Part shown: piece after piece, positions 20,220-29,617 of the stretch
Numbering within the stretch: the first letter of the stretch is position 1
Layout: every line of letters starts with the position of its first letter
NCBI GenBank assembly: GCA_963815215.1
Contig: CAWFFU010000011.1
Span: forward strand, 639,023 to 703,022
Source of the DNA: an uncultured Trueperaceae bacterium
GTDB taxonomy: Bacteria > Deinococcota > Deinococci > Deinococcales > Trueperaceae
Direction: 5' to 3'
DNA: 64,000 nucleotides
Translations under genes and position numbers: made by a program
Notes under the pieces: model-generated
What the model was told of the DNA's origin: nothing
Database searches by the model: none
Seen by the model: the letters and a program-made list of their open reading frames with translations, nothing else

Positions 20220-21332
20220 GTGCCTGACGAGCCCCGCCCCGAACCCCCCCGCCCCGCTGCCCCCGGCGGCGCCCCGGCGCCCGCCGCCGTCCCACCCTGG
20301 CGTCGCGCCCGGCCCTGGATCCTGGCCGCCCTCGGGGTCTTCCTCCTACTGATGGCCCTCGCGCTGGTGGTCGCCTACGAGCTCACCCCGGTGAGCGCCA
20401 ACCCATCCAAGGTGACCTTCGACGTGAAGCCCGGTTGGGGGGGCAAGGAGGTCGCCGCCATGCTTCGGCGCGACGGCCTGGTGCGCAACGGCCGCATCTT
20501 CGAGCTCTACCTGCGCGCCCGGGGGCTCGACAGGAGCATCGGCGAAGGCCTCTACGACCTGAGCCCGTCGATGGGCGCGGCGCGGCTCGCGGCCGCTCTC
20601 GAGAAGGGCGGTCGCCCCCGCACCGTTCACGTTGTCATCCCCGAGGGGTGGCGGGCCACTCACATCGCGCAGGCGCTGCAGGAGGCCGGGCTGGGAACGG
20701 CCGACGCCTTCCTGGCGCTGATCCACGCCCCTGGCGACCTGCGCCCCGGCTTCGTCCCGGCGGGCGACGGACTCGAGGGTTACCTCTTCCCGGCCGCTTA
20801 CGACATCCCGGTGAAGAGCACCCCCGAGGAGGTGCTCCAGCTCATGCTGCAACGCTTCCGGCAGGAGCTCGACGCGTCCACCGAGCAGCAGCTCCGCGCC
20901 AGGGGGATGACGGTACGCGCCTGGGTGACGTTGGCCAGCATGATCCAGGCCGAAGCCGCCAACCCGGGTGAGATGCCGATCATCGCCGGCGTGTTCTTGA
21001 ACCGCCTCGACCTCGGCATGCCGCTGCAATCCGACCCGACGGTGGCCTACGGGCTGGGCAAACCGCTTCCGAATCTCGAGGCCGGCGACCTGCACAAGGA
21101 CAACCCCTGGAACACCTACACCCGCACCGGACTGCCGAAGGGTCCCATCGACAGCCCGGGCGACGCCGCCCTGCGTGCCGTGCTCGATCCCGTGCGCACC
21201 AACGCTCGGGGCGAGCGCTACCTCTACTTCCTCCATGCCCACCAGGGCGGGACGATCGTGTTCCGGCCCAACACCACCCTGCAGGCTCACAACGAGGACG
21301 TCCGGCGCTACCTGCAGGGCAACGCTCCCTGA
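20220..21332 (+). CDS. mltG: Endolytic transglycosylase MltG (YceG)
   Basis: N-terminal TM segment; VIPEG, LEGYLFP, LASMIQAE, NRL..GMPLQSDPTVAY and NTY..GLPKGPI motifs. Confidence 0.93.
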   Translation: MPDEPRPEPPRPAAPGGAPAPAAVPPWRRARPWILAALGVFLLLMALALVVAYELTPVSANPSKVTFDVKPGWGGKEVAAMLRRDGLVRNGRIFELYLRARGLDRSIGEGLYDLSPSMGAARLAAALEKGGRPRTVHVVIPEGWRATHIAQALQEAGLGTADAFLALIHAPGDLRPGFVPAGDGLEGYLFPAAYDIPVKSTPEEVLQLMLQRFRQELDASTEQQLRARGMTVRAWVTLASMIQAEAANPGEMPIIAGVFLNRLDLGMPLQSDPTVAYGLGKPLPNLEAGDLHKDNPWNTYTRTGLPKGPIDSPGDAALRAVLDPVRTNARGERYLYFLHAHQGGTIVFRPNTTLQAHNEDVRRYLQGNAP

Positions 21333-21411
21333 CGCGGGCAAGACGTCGTGAGGGCTCCTCTACACCGCCGCGAAGCTGCGCGGGCGGCTGTGTCCCTCGC
21401 GCCCGCGCGCG

Positions 21412-21441
21412 TTGACGTCCCGCGAAGTTAGCGAATACCAT
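21412..21441 (+). promoter_or_regulatory. Putative sigma-70 promoter of TRAP membrane genes
   Basis: TTGACG-18 nt-TACCAT. Confidence 0.5.
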
Positions 21442-21489
21442 GCTGTCAGTCGACCACGCGACAACCGGGTCCTTCGAAGGAGCGACACG

Positions 21490-22098
21490 TTGAAGTTCTT
21501 CCTTGCGGTGGCCAGAGGGATCGACGCCTTCACCACGGCGATCGGCAAGCTGATGTGGTGGCTCACGCTGTTCATGGTGCTCGTCGGCGTCTACAACGTC
21601 CTCACGCGCTACGGTTACAGCGTAGTGGCCGCGGTCTTCGGTGACGCCATCGCGGAGAAGGCGAGCGGCAACACCTACCTCGAGCTGCAGACCTACGCCT
21701 ACGATCTGGTGTTCCTGCTGGGAGCGGCCTACGTCTTGCGGACCGACGGCCACGTGCGCGTCGACGTTGTGTTCTCGAACCTCCGCGCCCGCGTCAAGGC
21801 CTGGATCGACATCGTCGCAACGGTGCTGTTCCTGGTGCCCTTCAGTCTGATGGGCATCTACTTCAGCCATCGATACGTGGCGGCGAGCTGGCGGGCGCAC
21901 GAGATGAGCCCCAACCCCGGCGGGCTGGCGCGCTACCCCATCAAGACGGTGATCGTCATCGCCTTCGCGCTACTGATCGCACAGGGCATCAGCGAGGTCA
22001 TCAAGAACATCGCCTTCTTGTCGGGCCGCAAGAGATCGGGCAGCATGTACGCCACGGAGGAAGAGGACCCGCAAGACGAGAGCGCGGTGCGCGCCTGA
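21490..22098 (+). CDS. TRAP transporter small permease (DctQ family)
   Basis: Four TM segments; ELQ, FLLGAAYVL..DGHVRVDV and SPNPGGL motifs; TTG start after a GAAGGAG RBS. Confidence 0.88.
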   Translation: MKFFLAVARGIDAFTTAIGKLMWWLTLFMVLVGVYNVLTRYGYSVVAAVFGDAIAEKASGNTYLELQTYAYDLVFLLGAAYVLRTDGHVRVDVVFSNLRARVKAWIDIVATVLFLVPFSLMGIYFSHRYVAASWRAHEMSPNPGGLARYPIKTVIVIAFALLIAQGISEVIKNIAFLSGRKRSGSMYATEEEDPQDESAVRA

Positions 22099-23468
22099 TG
22101 CTCGGCCTGTGGATGTTCGCCGCGGCCGTCGTGCTGCTGCTGATCGGCTACCCGGTGGCGTTCAGCCTGGGCGGCACCGCGGTGCTCTTCACCTTCATCG
22201 GCAGCGACTTCACCGAGAAGTTCCTCGGCTTCGGTTTCCCGTGGCACCCCATCTTCACCGTGGCCCGCCTCAACATCCTGCCGCAGCGCATCTTCGGCAA
22301 CATCATGGACAACTACACGTTGGTGGCGGTGCCGTTCTTCGTGTTCATGGGCGTCATGCTCGAGAAGTCCGGCCTGGCCGAGGAACTCTTGGAGACCATG
22401 GGCATCCTGTTCGGGAGCCTGCGCGGCGGGCTTGCCATCTCGGTGGTCGCCGTCGGCGCGCTGCTGGCCGCCTCGACCGGCGTCGTCGGCGCGTCGGTGG
22501 TGACGATGGGCGTCCTGGCCCTGCCGGTGATGCTGAAGTACAACTACAGCAAGCCGCTGGCGACGGGGGTCGTAGCCGCGTCCGGGACCCTCGGCCAGAT
22601 CATCCCGCCGAGCATCGTGCTCGTGATCCTGGGCGACCAGCTCGGGGTTTCGGTCGGCGACCTCTTCCTGGGATCGTTCATCCCGGGCTTCGTGCTGGCC
22701 GGCCTGTACATGGTGTGGGTGGCCCTCGTTGCGTTGCTCCGTCCGAACGAGGCACCCGCGCTCCCGAAGGAGGCACGCAACATCTCCGGCGGGCAGCTCG
22801 CGTTGAAGGTCATCAAGAACCTCATCCCGCCCCTGTTCTTGATCCTGCTGGTCCTGGGCACCATCTTCTTCGGCATCGCCACGCCCACCGAGGCGGGCGC
22901 CATGGGCGCCGTCGGCGCCATGTTGCTGGCGATCTTCAACCGCCGGCTCACTCTCCGGAACCTCATCAACACCATGGACCAGACGCTGAAGCTCACCAGC
23001 ATGGTGTTCATGATCCTGGTAGGCGCGACCGCCTTCTCGATGGTGTTCCGTGCGCTACACGGCGACATCGCGGTCGACAACTTCCTTACCAACCTGCCCT
23101 GGGGCGCCTTCGGCTTCGTGCTCTTCACGATGCTGGCGATCTTCCTGCTCGGCTTCTTCATCGACTTCATCGAGATCACCTTCATCGTGGTGCCGCTCAT
23201 CGCGCCGATCGCCCTGCGCATGTTCGGCCCCGACATGATGGTGTGGTTCGGCGTTCTCATCGCCATGAACCTGCAGGCGTCGTTCCTGACGCCGCCCTTC
23301 GGCTTCGCGTTGTTCTACCTCAAGGGGGTCGCGCCGCCCAACGTGCGCACGGTCGACATCTACCGCGGCATCATCCCCTTCGTGGTGATCCAGGTGATCG
23401 CGGTCGTGATCATCGCGATCGCGCCGGGAATCGTGCGCTTCCTGCCGGCCCTGGCGGCCGGGCACTGA
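22098..23468 (+). CDS. TRAP transporter large permease (DctM family)
   Basis: GYPVAFSL, LVAVPFFVFMG, SGTLGQIIPPS, ATPTEAG and FLTPPFGFALFYL motifs. Confidence 0.95.
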   Translation: MLGLWMFAAAVVLLLIGYPVAFSLGGTAVLFTFIGSDFTEKFLGFGFPWHPIFTVARLNILPQRIFGNIMDNYTLVAVPFFVFMGVMLEKSGLAEELLETMGILFGSLRGGLAISVVAVGALLAASTGVVGASVVTMGVLALPVMLKYNYSKPLATGVVAASGTLGQIIPPSIVLVILGDQLGVSVGDLFLGSFIPGFVLAGLYMVWVALVALLRPNEAPALPKEARNISGGQLALKVIKNLIPPLFLILLVLGTIFFGIATPTEAGAMGAVGAMLLAIFNRRLTLRNLINTMDQTLKLTSMVFMILVGATAFSMVFRALHGDIAVDNFLTNLPWGAFGFVLFTMLAIFLLGFFIDFIEITFIVVPLIAPIALRMFGPDMMVWFGVLIAMNLQASFLTPPFGFALFYLKGVAPPNVRTVDIYRGIIPFVVIQVIAVVIIAIAPGIVRFLPALAAGH

Positions 23469-23573
23469 ACCGGCCAGGTACGGATCCGAGCGGGTACTGA
23501 ACCGGGGCCGCGGGGCGGACGAGCGCCGGCCGGGCCCAGGACGCAGCACCCTCACGGACTCGAGTTCGACACT

Positions 23574-23607
23574 GCGATGGCGCGCCCCGCTGGGGGCGCG
23601 CCATCGC
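23574..23607. terminator. Probable bidirectional terminator hairpin between convergent TRAP genes
   Basis: Perfect 15-bp stem: GCGATGGCGCGCCCC-GCTG-GGGGCGCGCCATCGC. Confidence 0.75.
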
Positions 23608-23635
23608 TCTTGCCGGCCACCGTCGCCGCGACGGC

Positions 23636-24718
23636 TCAGGTGTTGTTGTAGATGAAGTTCAGGTAGGCGTACTGGTTGATCTTGTCGAAGCCACGCACCT
23701 GCGCCATGAAGGGCGTCATGGAATCGGAGATCTTCTTGTACATGGCATTGCTGCCGCGCAGACCGTCGTTGACCTTGACCCAGTTCTCGTAGAGGACCTT
23801 CAGCACCGGCTCGGGGAACACCTTCGGCTGCGTGCCGCCGGCGACCAGTCGCTTGAAGGCGGCCGGATCCTTGTCGGTGTAGTCCGACAGCATCTGGATG
23901 TTGGTGGCCTGGGTGGCGTCGGCCACGATCGACTGGACGTCGGAGGGCATGCCCTTCCAAGTATCGAGGTTGACGTAGAGGCAGAACGCCGCGCCCGGCT
24001 CCTGCCAGCCCGGGCTGTAGTAGTACTTGGCAGCCTTGTTGAGGCCCAGGATCTCGTCGTCGTGCGGGCCGACCCACTCGGCGGCGTCCAGCACGCCACG
24101 CTGCAGCGCCAGGAAGATCTCGCCGCCGCCCAGGGTCTGGACGTTGACGCCAGCGGACGAGTACACCTTGGCGCCGAGCCCGGCCGTACGGAACGACAAG
24201 CCCTGCAGGTCAGCCGGGGTGTTGATCTCCTTGTTGAACCAGCCCGCCATCTGCTGGCCGGTGTTGCCGGCGAGCAGCGGCTTGAGGTTGCTGTTGCCGC
24301 TCAGCTCGTCCCACAGCGCCTGCCCGCCTCCGGATTCGATCCAGGAGTTGATCTGCTTGGGAGTCAGGCCGAACGGCACCGTCGTGAAGAACGCATGCGC
24401 CGGGTCCTTGCCGACGTAGTAGTAGGAGGCGGTGTGCCCCATCTCGAAGGCGCCGCTCGACACCGCGTCGAACACCTCGAGGGCACCGACCTGGGCGCCG
24501 GCTTCGTACACCTGGATGGTGATGTCGCCGTTGGTCGCCGCCTTCACCCGGTCGGCGATGCTCTGGGCGCCGCCGAACAGGATGTCGAGCGACCGCGGCC
24601 ACGAGGTGACCATGCTCCACTGCATCTTGGACCGTTGGGCGTTGGCGAACATGAGGGGCGACAGGGTCGCGCCAGCCGCAACAACGCCAGCCTTCTTGAG
24701 GAAATCACGGCGCTTCAT
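23636..24718 (-). CDS. TRAP substrate-binding protein, TakP (alpha-keto acid) type, Tat-exported
   Basis: Twin-arginine signal MKRRDFLKK; MVTSWP, GHTASYYY.GKDPA, GNTGQQMAGWF and AAEWVGPHDD..LGL motifs. TATACT -10 at 24767-24762. Confidence 0.92.
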   Translation of the reverse strand: MKRRDFLKKAGVVAAGATLSPLMFANAQRSKMQWSMVTSWPRSLDILFGGAQSIADRVKAATNGDITIQVYEAGAQVGALEVFDAVSSGAFEMGHTASYYYVGKDPAHAFFTTVPFGLTPKQINSWIESGGGQALWDELSGNSNLKPLLAGNTGQQMAGWFNKEINTPADLQGLSFRTAGLGAKVYSSAGVNVQTLGGGEIFLALQRGVLDAAEWVGPHDDEILGLNKAAKYYYSPGWQEPGAAFCLYVNLDTWKGMPSDVQSIVADATQATNIQMLSDYTDKDPAAFKRLVAGGTQPKVFPEPVLKVLYENWVKVNDGLRGSNAMYKKISDSMTPFMAQVRGFDKINQYAYLNFIYNNT

Positions 24719-24974
24719 AGAACCTCCCGGTACTGGTCTCGCAGGTTTTTGAGCCAGGCTCAGTATACGGATGGTCGACCGGCCCGTGCGGGGCGCAACT
24801 GTGTACGCCGCTCGTGGCCGCGTCGTCGAGCCCGGCACGAGAAGGGCCGGGGACGGCCGATCCCGTTCGCCCCGCCCCGCTCCTCGTCCCCAACCGCTCC
24901 ATGACACCAAGGTGGTAGGTTTGGACGGGTTGCTCATCGCAACCTCACAATCCAGCCACCCCTAGGAGGGAATC

Positions 24975-25868
24975 GTGTTGAAGTTGCTCGGCCGGGCTCT
25001 GGCCACTATCGTGCTCGTTGGCACCCTGGGAACGGCGGCCGCCCAACAGGCCATCACCGTCCGCATCGGGTTCAACCCTACCCAGAATTCGGATCAGCTG
25101 TCCGCTGCCTCCAACGCCATCGCCACCTACCTGGAGAAGCAGTTCGGCGGCGCGGTCGAGGTGAAGGTCTACATGCCCACCGACTACCGCGGCCTGATCG
25201 AGGCGATGGGCTCGGGCAACCTGGACTTCGCGTTCTTCCCGCCCGACGGCTTCGTGATCGCCAACCAGGAGATCGGCGCCCAGGTGCTGCTGAAGTCCGT
25301 TCGTTTCGGCAACCCCTACTACTGGTCGGCCATCGTGGTTCGCAAGGACAGCGGCATCAGCAAGCTCGCCGACCTCGAAGGCAAGTCGATCGCCTGGGTG
25401 GACCCGAACTCGGCGGCCGGCTACACCTTCCCGCGCGCCGCGTTGATCCAGGCCGGCATCAATCCCGACACCTTCTTCTCCAAGCAGACCTTCGCAGGCG
25501 GCCACGACGCCGCCGTGCTGGCGGTCTACAACGGCTCGGTCGACGCCGCAGCGGTGTTCGCCAACGACGACCAGAACAAGTCGGGCGCCTGGACCCAGTT
25601 CCTCAAGGCCGATCAGGCGCAGGCGCTCACCGCCATCTACTACACGCGCCCCATCCCCGGCGACACCTTCAGCGTCTCCAAGCAGTTCGCGGCCGATCAC
25701 CCGGCGCTGACGTACCAGATCGCGGCCGCCATCGCTGCCATCAAGGCGCCCGACAACAAGCTCCTGTACAACCTCTACCAGATCGACTACATGATCCCCG
25801 CTGACAGCCAGGACTACGCCGTCGTTCGCGACACGCGGCGGATCCTCGGGTTGGACAAGAAGCAGTAG
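24975..25868 (+). CDS. phnD: Phosphate/phosphite/phosphonate ABC transporter substrate-binding protein
   Basis: Signal peptide; TDYRGLIEAM, YYWSAIVVRKDS, DPNSAAGY and GGHDAA motifs; AGGAGG RBS. Confidence 0.88.
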   Translation: MLKLLGRALATIVLVGTLGTAAAQQAITVRIGFNPTQNSDQLSAASNAIATYLEKQFGGAVEVKVYMPTDYRGLIEAMGSGNLDFAFFPPDGFVIANQEIGAQVLLKSVRFGNPYYWSAIVVRKDSGISKLADLEGKSIAWVDPNSAAGYTFPRAALIQAGINPDTFFSKQTFAGGHDAAVLAVYNGSVDAAAVFANDDQNKSGAWTQFLKADQAQALTAIYYTRPIPGDTFSVSKQFAADHPALTYQIAAAIAAIKAPDNKLLYNLYQIDYMIPADSQDYAVVRDTRRILGLDKKQ

Positions 25869-25874
25869 CGTCCC

Positions 25875-25908
25875 CGGGGGCCGGGCGGTCTCCGCCGCCC
25901 GGCCCCCG
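25875..25908 (+). terminator. Intercistronic 14-bp stem-loop after phnD
   Basis: CGGGGGCCGGGCGG-6 nt-CCGCCCGGCCCCCG. Confidence 0.55.
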
Positions 25909-25918
25909 TCACCGCCCC

Positions 25919-26668
25919 ATGATCGAGGTCAACAACCTCCACAAGGTCTTCCCGGACGGCACGAAGGCGCTCCAGGACGTGAGCGTATCCATCCCCGACG
26001 GCGACTTCGTCGCCGTCATCGGTCTCTCCGGCGCCGGCAAGTCGACCTTCCTGCGCTGCCTCAACCGCCTGGTCGATCCCACCGGCGGCACCATCGCCGT
26101 GGGCGGAAGCGATGTCGCGGCGTTGCGCGGCCGCGCGCTCCAGCGCTACCGCCGCACCGTTGGCTTCATCTTCCAGCAGTTCAATCTCGTCACCCGTCTC
26201 TCGGTGCTCGACAACGTGCTCTCCGGCCGGCTCGGCTACCACCGGACCTGGCGCGGCATGCTGGCGCTGTACAACGATCGCGACTACGAGCTCGCCCAGG
26301 CGGCGATCCGCGAGGTCGGACTGGCGGGGCGCGAGAACACGCGCGTCGACCAGCTCTCAGGCGGGCAGCAGCAACGTGTCGCCATCGCCCGCGCCATGAC
26401 GCAGGAGCCCGATCTCATCCTTGCCGACGAGCCCATGGCCAGCCTCGATCCGCGCCTCTCCGACGTCATCCTCGGACTCCTCAAGCAATACAACGAGGCG
26501 CGCGGGGTGACGGTTCTGGTCAACATCCACGTGATCGAGCTGGCGAAGCGCTACGCCCGCCGCGTGATCGCGTTCAACCAGGGGCGCATCGTCTTCGACG
26601 GACCGGTCTCCGAGCTCGACCACGACCTCGAGTCCACCATCTACGCGGGATCGCTGGAGACGCTCTGA
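25919..26668 (+). CDS. phnC: Phosphonate ABC transporter ATP-binding protein
   Basis: [40 protein letters not shown] and [12 protein letters not shown] motifs. Confidence 0.92.
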   Translation: MIEVNNLHKVFPDGTKALQDVSVSIPDGDFVAVIGLSGAGKSTFLRCLNRLVDPTGGTIAVGGSDVAALRGRALQRYRRTVGFIFQQFNLVTRLSVLDNVLSGRLGYHRTWRGMLALYNDRDYELAQAAIREVGLAGRENTRVDQLSGGQQQRVAIARAMTQEPDLILADEPMASLDPRLSDVILGLLKQYNEARGVTVLVNIHVIELAKRYARRVIAFNQGRIVFDGPVSELDHDLESTIYAGSLETL

Positions 26669-28299
26669 TGTGGGTCGCCTTCGCTCTCGGTGGGATCGCC
26701 GCCGTCCTCATGGGCCTGGCGAACGGCTCCATGCGCCGCCTGGTGATCGGCGGCGGCGTCGCCCTGGCCGTCGCCTACTTCGCCTTCCCCATGTTCGCGG
26801 CCGACGGCTTCGTCAGCCGCGACACCGTCAGTCCGACGCTGTTCGGATTGGCGCCGACCCATCCGGCGCTGGTACTGGTGCTGCTCGCAGCACTCGTCGC
26901 CGTCGCGACTGCGCGGCTGCCGCGACGCGTCGGTGGCTCGCTGGTCGCACTGGGTGCGCTGGTCACAGCCGGGCTGACGTGGAGCGCCCAGGCGGGGTCA
27001 CCGCAACTGGTGCACCTGCTGCCGCTCCCGGGCGTGATGGAGGCCCTGACCGGCCTGGCTCTCGCAGCGGCCCTGACGCTGCTCGGCTGGGGCTCGCGCC
27101 GCCTGCGGATCCCCATGCTGGTGATCGGCGTAGCGGCAGGCGTGGTGGCCTTCGGCTTCCTGGTCGGGCCGGCGGGCCACCGGTTGTTCCCCAACGCCGA
27201 TGGCTACTACCGACTGACGACGCCCGTCGGCGAGAGCGTGCAGACGGCCATCGTCGCCGAGTACAACGCCAACCTGGACACCATCAACGCACAGCGCACG
27301 CGCATCGGACTCCACACCCTGCCGCCGATCGAGTCCGTGAAGAACCTCGACACAGAGCGGCTTCCGGAGGCGGCATCCGGCAAGGGCTACCGCATGGTGC
27401 GACCGGCGAAGAGCCGCTACGGCGTGTGGGTGGCGATGTTGCTCGCCGGCGTCCTGCTGGGGAGCGGTGCCATGCTCGCCTGGCGCCCGCGGTTGCACGA
27501 ATCGGGCGACGTGGCGGGCGGCATCCTGTACGCGGCGGTGCTGTTGTCTCTGGCTCCGGCGTTCGCTTCGACCGAGTTCAGCTTCGCCAAGCTGGCTGAG
27601 GGCTGGCCCTTCTTGATGAAGTTCCTGGACCGGGCCTGGCCACCGCTGTGGGCCGACCCGAGCTACGGCCAGTTCGGCATCTTCCCGCTCCAGGAGGTCG
27701 CCAGCCAGATGCTCATCACGCTCGAGATCGCGCTGGTGGGCACGTTCCTGGGCGCGCTCTTCGCGGTGCCTCTGAGCTTCCTTGCGGCGCGCAACCTGAC
27801 GCAGGGCAACGCCCTGATGCGCGTGGTGTTCGCGGTCACGCGAGGGTTGTTCAATCTCGACCGCGGCGTGGACACCCTCATCCTGGCCCTGATCTTCGTG
27901 GCGGCCGTCGGGCTGGGCCCCTTCGCCGGAGTGCTGGCCATGGCCATCCACTCGATCGCCGACCTCGGGAAGCTCTACTCCGAGTCGATCGAGAACGTCG
28001 ATCGGGGGCCGATCGAGGCGTTGGAGGCGGTGGGGGCATCGGGCAGCAACGTCGTCAGGTGGTCGATCCTGCCACAGGTGTCGCCGCTGTTCCTGGGGTG
28101 GACCCTGTACCGCTTCGAGATCAACTTCCGCGTGTCCATCGTGCTCGGGCTGGTGGGCGCGGGAGGCATCGGCTTCTTCATCCAGGACAAGATGTCATCG
28201 GGTCGCTACGATCAGATGATCATCGCCATCCTCGCCATCGTCATCGTGGTGAACATCATCGACTTCGCCTCCTCCTGGCTGCGCTCCCGGCTCGTATGA
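26668..28299 (+). CDS. phnE: Phosphonate ABC transporter permease PhnE with long N-terminal membrane extension
   Basis: C-terminal PhnE core (FLAARNL, AVGLGPFAGVLA, LGKLYSESIE, LYRFEINFR..LGLVGAGGIG); 543 aa in total. Confidence 0.88.
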   Translation: MWVAFALGGIAAVLMGLANGSMRRLVIGGGVALAVAYFAFPMFAADGFVSRDTVSPTLFGLAPTHPALVLVLLAALVAVATARLPRRVGGSLVALGALVTAGLTWSAQAGSPQLVHLLPLPGVMEALTGLALAAALTLLGWGSRRLRIPMLVIGVAAGVVAFGFLVGPAGHRLFPNADGYYRLTTPVGESVQTAIVAEYNANLDTINAQRTRIGLHTLPPIESVKNLDTERLPEAASGKGYRMVRPAKSRYGVWVAMLLAGVLLGSGAMLAWRPRLHESGDVAGGILYAAVLLSLAPAFASTEFSFAKLAEGWPFLMKFLDRAWPPLWADPSYGQFGIFPLQEVASQMLITLEIALVGTFLGALFAVPLSFLAARNLTQGNALMRVVFAVTRGLFNLDRGVDTLILALIFVAAVGLGPFAGVLAMAIHSIADLGKLYSESIENVDRGPIEALEAVGASGSNVVRWSILPQVSPLFLGWTLYRFEINFRVSIVLGLVGAGGIGFFIQDKMSSGRYDQMIIAILAIVIVVNIIDFASSWLRSRLV

Positions 28300-28355
28300 G
28301 GCCGCCTTTTCCGGCTCCTCACGGTCCGCGCGCCAACGCCGCTACAATGGCGGGC

Positions 28356-28844
28356 ATGAGGTCTTCCCTGAGAACCCGCGTCCTGTTGGGACTGATCGTC
28401 GCTGTGCTGGTCTCCGGAATCTCGAGCGCCAGCGCCCAGGGCAACTGGTTCGGCGTCAGGACCGGCTACCCGCTGGGCGTCACCATCCACTACGGCATCG
28501 CCAATGCCCTGTCCAACGGCTTCGACCTGCGGGTCAGCGGGCACGTCGTCGCCCACGGCGGCCAGGCGCGCATCGGCATCGGCCTCGACGCCATGCACAC
28601 CATCGCCGCGGCGTCGCCCTTCTCCCTGTACCTTGGGGCGGGACCGGCCATCGAGTTCGGGGCCGGCAAGGCGTGGCTCGACCTGCACGCCCTTCTCGGC
28701 GGTGAGTTCCGCTTCGTGGACCTCGGCCTACCCCAACTCGGGATCTTCGCCGAAGGCACGCTCGGAGCCGCCATCGGGCTCTCCGACGGCTCGGCCGAGA
28801 TCCCGACGTTCGGCGCGGCGCTGGGCGTCAACTACCACTTCTGA
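28356..28844 (+). CDS. Small secreted outer-membrane beta-barrel protein
   Basis: Signal peptide (ASA-Q), alternating Gly/aromatic strands, C-terminal beta signal GVNYHF; leaderless TACAAT promoter. Confidence 0.7.
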   Translation: MRSSLRTRVLLGLIVAVLVSGISSASAQGNWFGVRTGYPLGVTIHYGIANALSNGFDLRVSGHVVAHGGQARIGIGLDAMHTIAAASPFSLYLGAGPAIEFGAGKAWLDLHALLGGEFRFVDLGLPQLGIFAEGTLGAAIGLSDGSAEIPTFGAALGVNYHF

Positions 28845-29406
28845 TCGACCCGCGCTCAAAGCCCCCGTTGCGCTCGACCAGCGCCACCAGGGCCTCGGGA
28901 TCGCGCGGCGCCAGCAGCAGCGGCGGCCCCTTCTCGAAGTGAAGGAGCACGCCGTCGCCCCGGGGTGAGGCCACGACCACACGCGCTGAACGCGCGCCGC
29001 GCAGGCGCCAGCGCCCCACGTAGTAGCCGGGAAGATGGCTCTGCCCCCACCCGAGACGTGCGCCGGGCAGGATCAGCAGGTCGTAGCGCAGGACCTCGGC
29101 CCTGCGCACGCTCGCCAGCGGGACTCGGAAGCGCGACAGCAGCGTGGTGACCTCCAGGGAGCGGCCGCGCAGCCGGTAGTCGAGTCGACGCGGCGCGTTG
29201 CTCAGCGACCACGCGCCGATCCCCACGGCGCCGAGCCCGATGGCCGTGCCGAGAACGGCCAGAACGGGCTGGAGCCGCTGATCGCGCGGTGTCTGCGGAT
29301 CCACCGCACCCCACAACAGAGCGGCGGGCACGGCCAGGCCGGCCGTGAGCAGGAGCACCAGCGGCCAGCTCCGAGCGGGTTCACGTCGCGGCCCCAGCTC
29401 ACGCAT
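28828..29406 (-). CDS. Membrane protein with bacterial PH domain
   Basis: Two N-terminal TM segments, then [20 protein letters not shown] and [18 protein letters not shown] before ATG 29406. Confidence 0.7.
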   Translation of the reverse strand: MRELGPRREPARSWPLVLLLTAGLAVPAALLWGAVDPQTPRDQRLQPVLAVLGTAIGLGAVGIGAWSLSNAPRRLDYRLRGRSLEVTTLLSRFRVPLASVRRAEVLRYDLLILPGARLGWGQSHLPGYYVGRWRLRGARSARVVVASPRGDGVLLHFEKGPPLLLAPRDPEALVALVERNGGFERGSIRSGS

Positions 29407-29587
29407 CCGGCGACTCCTTCCCGCCTTCGGAGCGGTCACGACGGGCGCGGCCCGCGCGCGAGAGCGCGTCCTTGAGGAGGAATTCGATCTGGGCGTTCAC
29501 GCTCCGCAGGTCGTCCGCCGCCCACTTCTCGAGGGCGCGGTAGACCTCAGGATCGATCCGGAGCAGGAAGCGCTTCTTCTCGGCCAT
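29399..29587 (-). CDS. Arc-like ribbon-helix-helix DNA-binding protein
   Basis: [34 protein letters not shown] is a classic RHH pattern. Confidence 0.82.
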   Translation of the reverse strand: MAEKKRFLLRIDPEVYRALEKWAADDLRSVNAQIEFLLKDALSRAGRARRDRSEGGKESPDA

Positions 29588-29617
29588 CGTTCCACGTTCC
29601 GCTCCCGGCGTGCGCCG

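Noticed and set aside
23550..23580. GAGTTCGAC resembling a tRNA T-loop
   Set aside because: No cloverleaf, acceptor stem or D-arm can be built; it sits next to a terminator hairpin.
24975..28299. Phosphonate degradation (C-P lyase) cluster
   Set aside because: Only transporter genes are present; there is no phnG-M, phnX or ptxD in the window.
29399..29587. RHH protein as a toxin-antitoxin antitoxin
   Set aside because: There is no adjacent toxin-like ORF; the context fits an SPFH-associated regulator.
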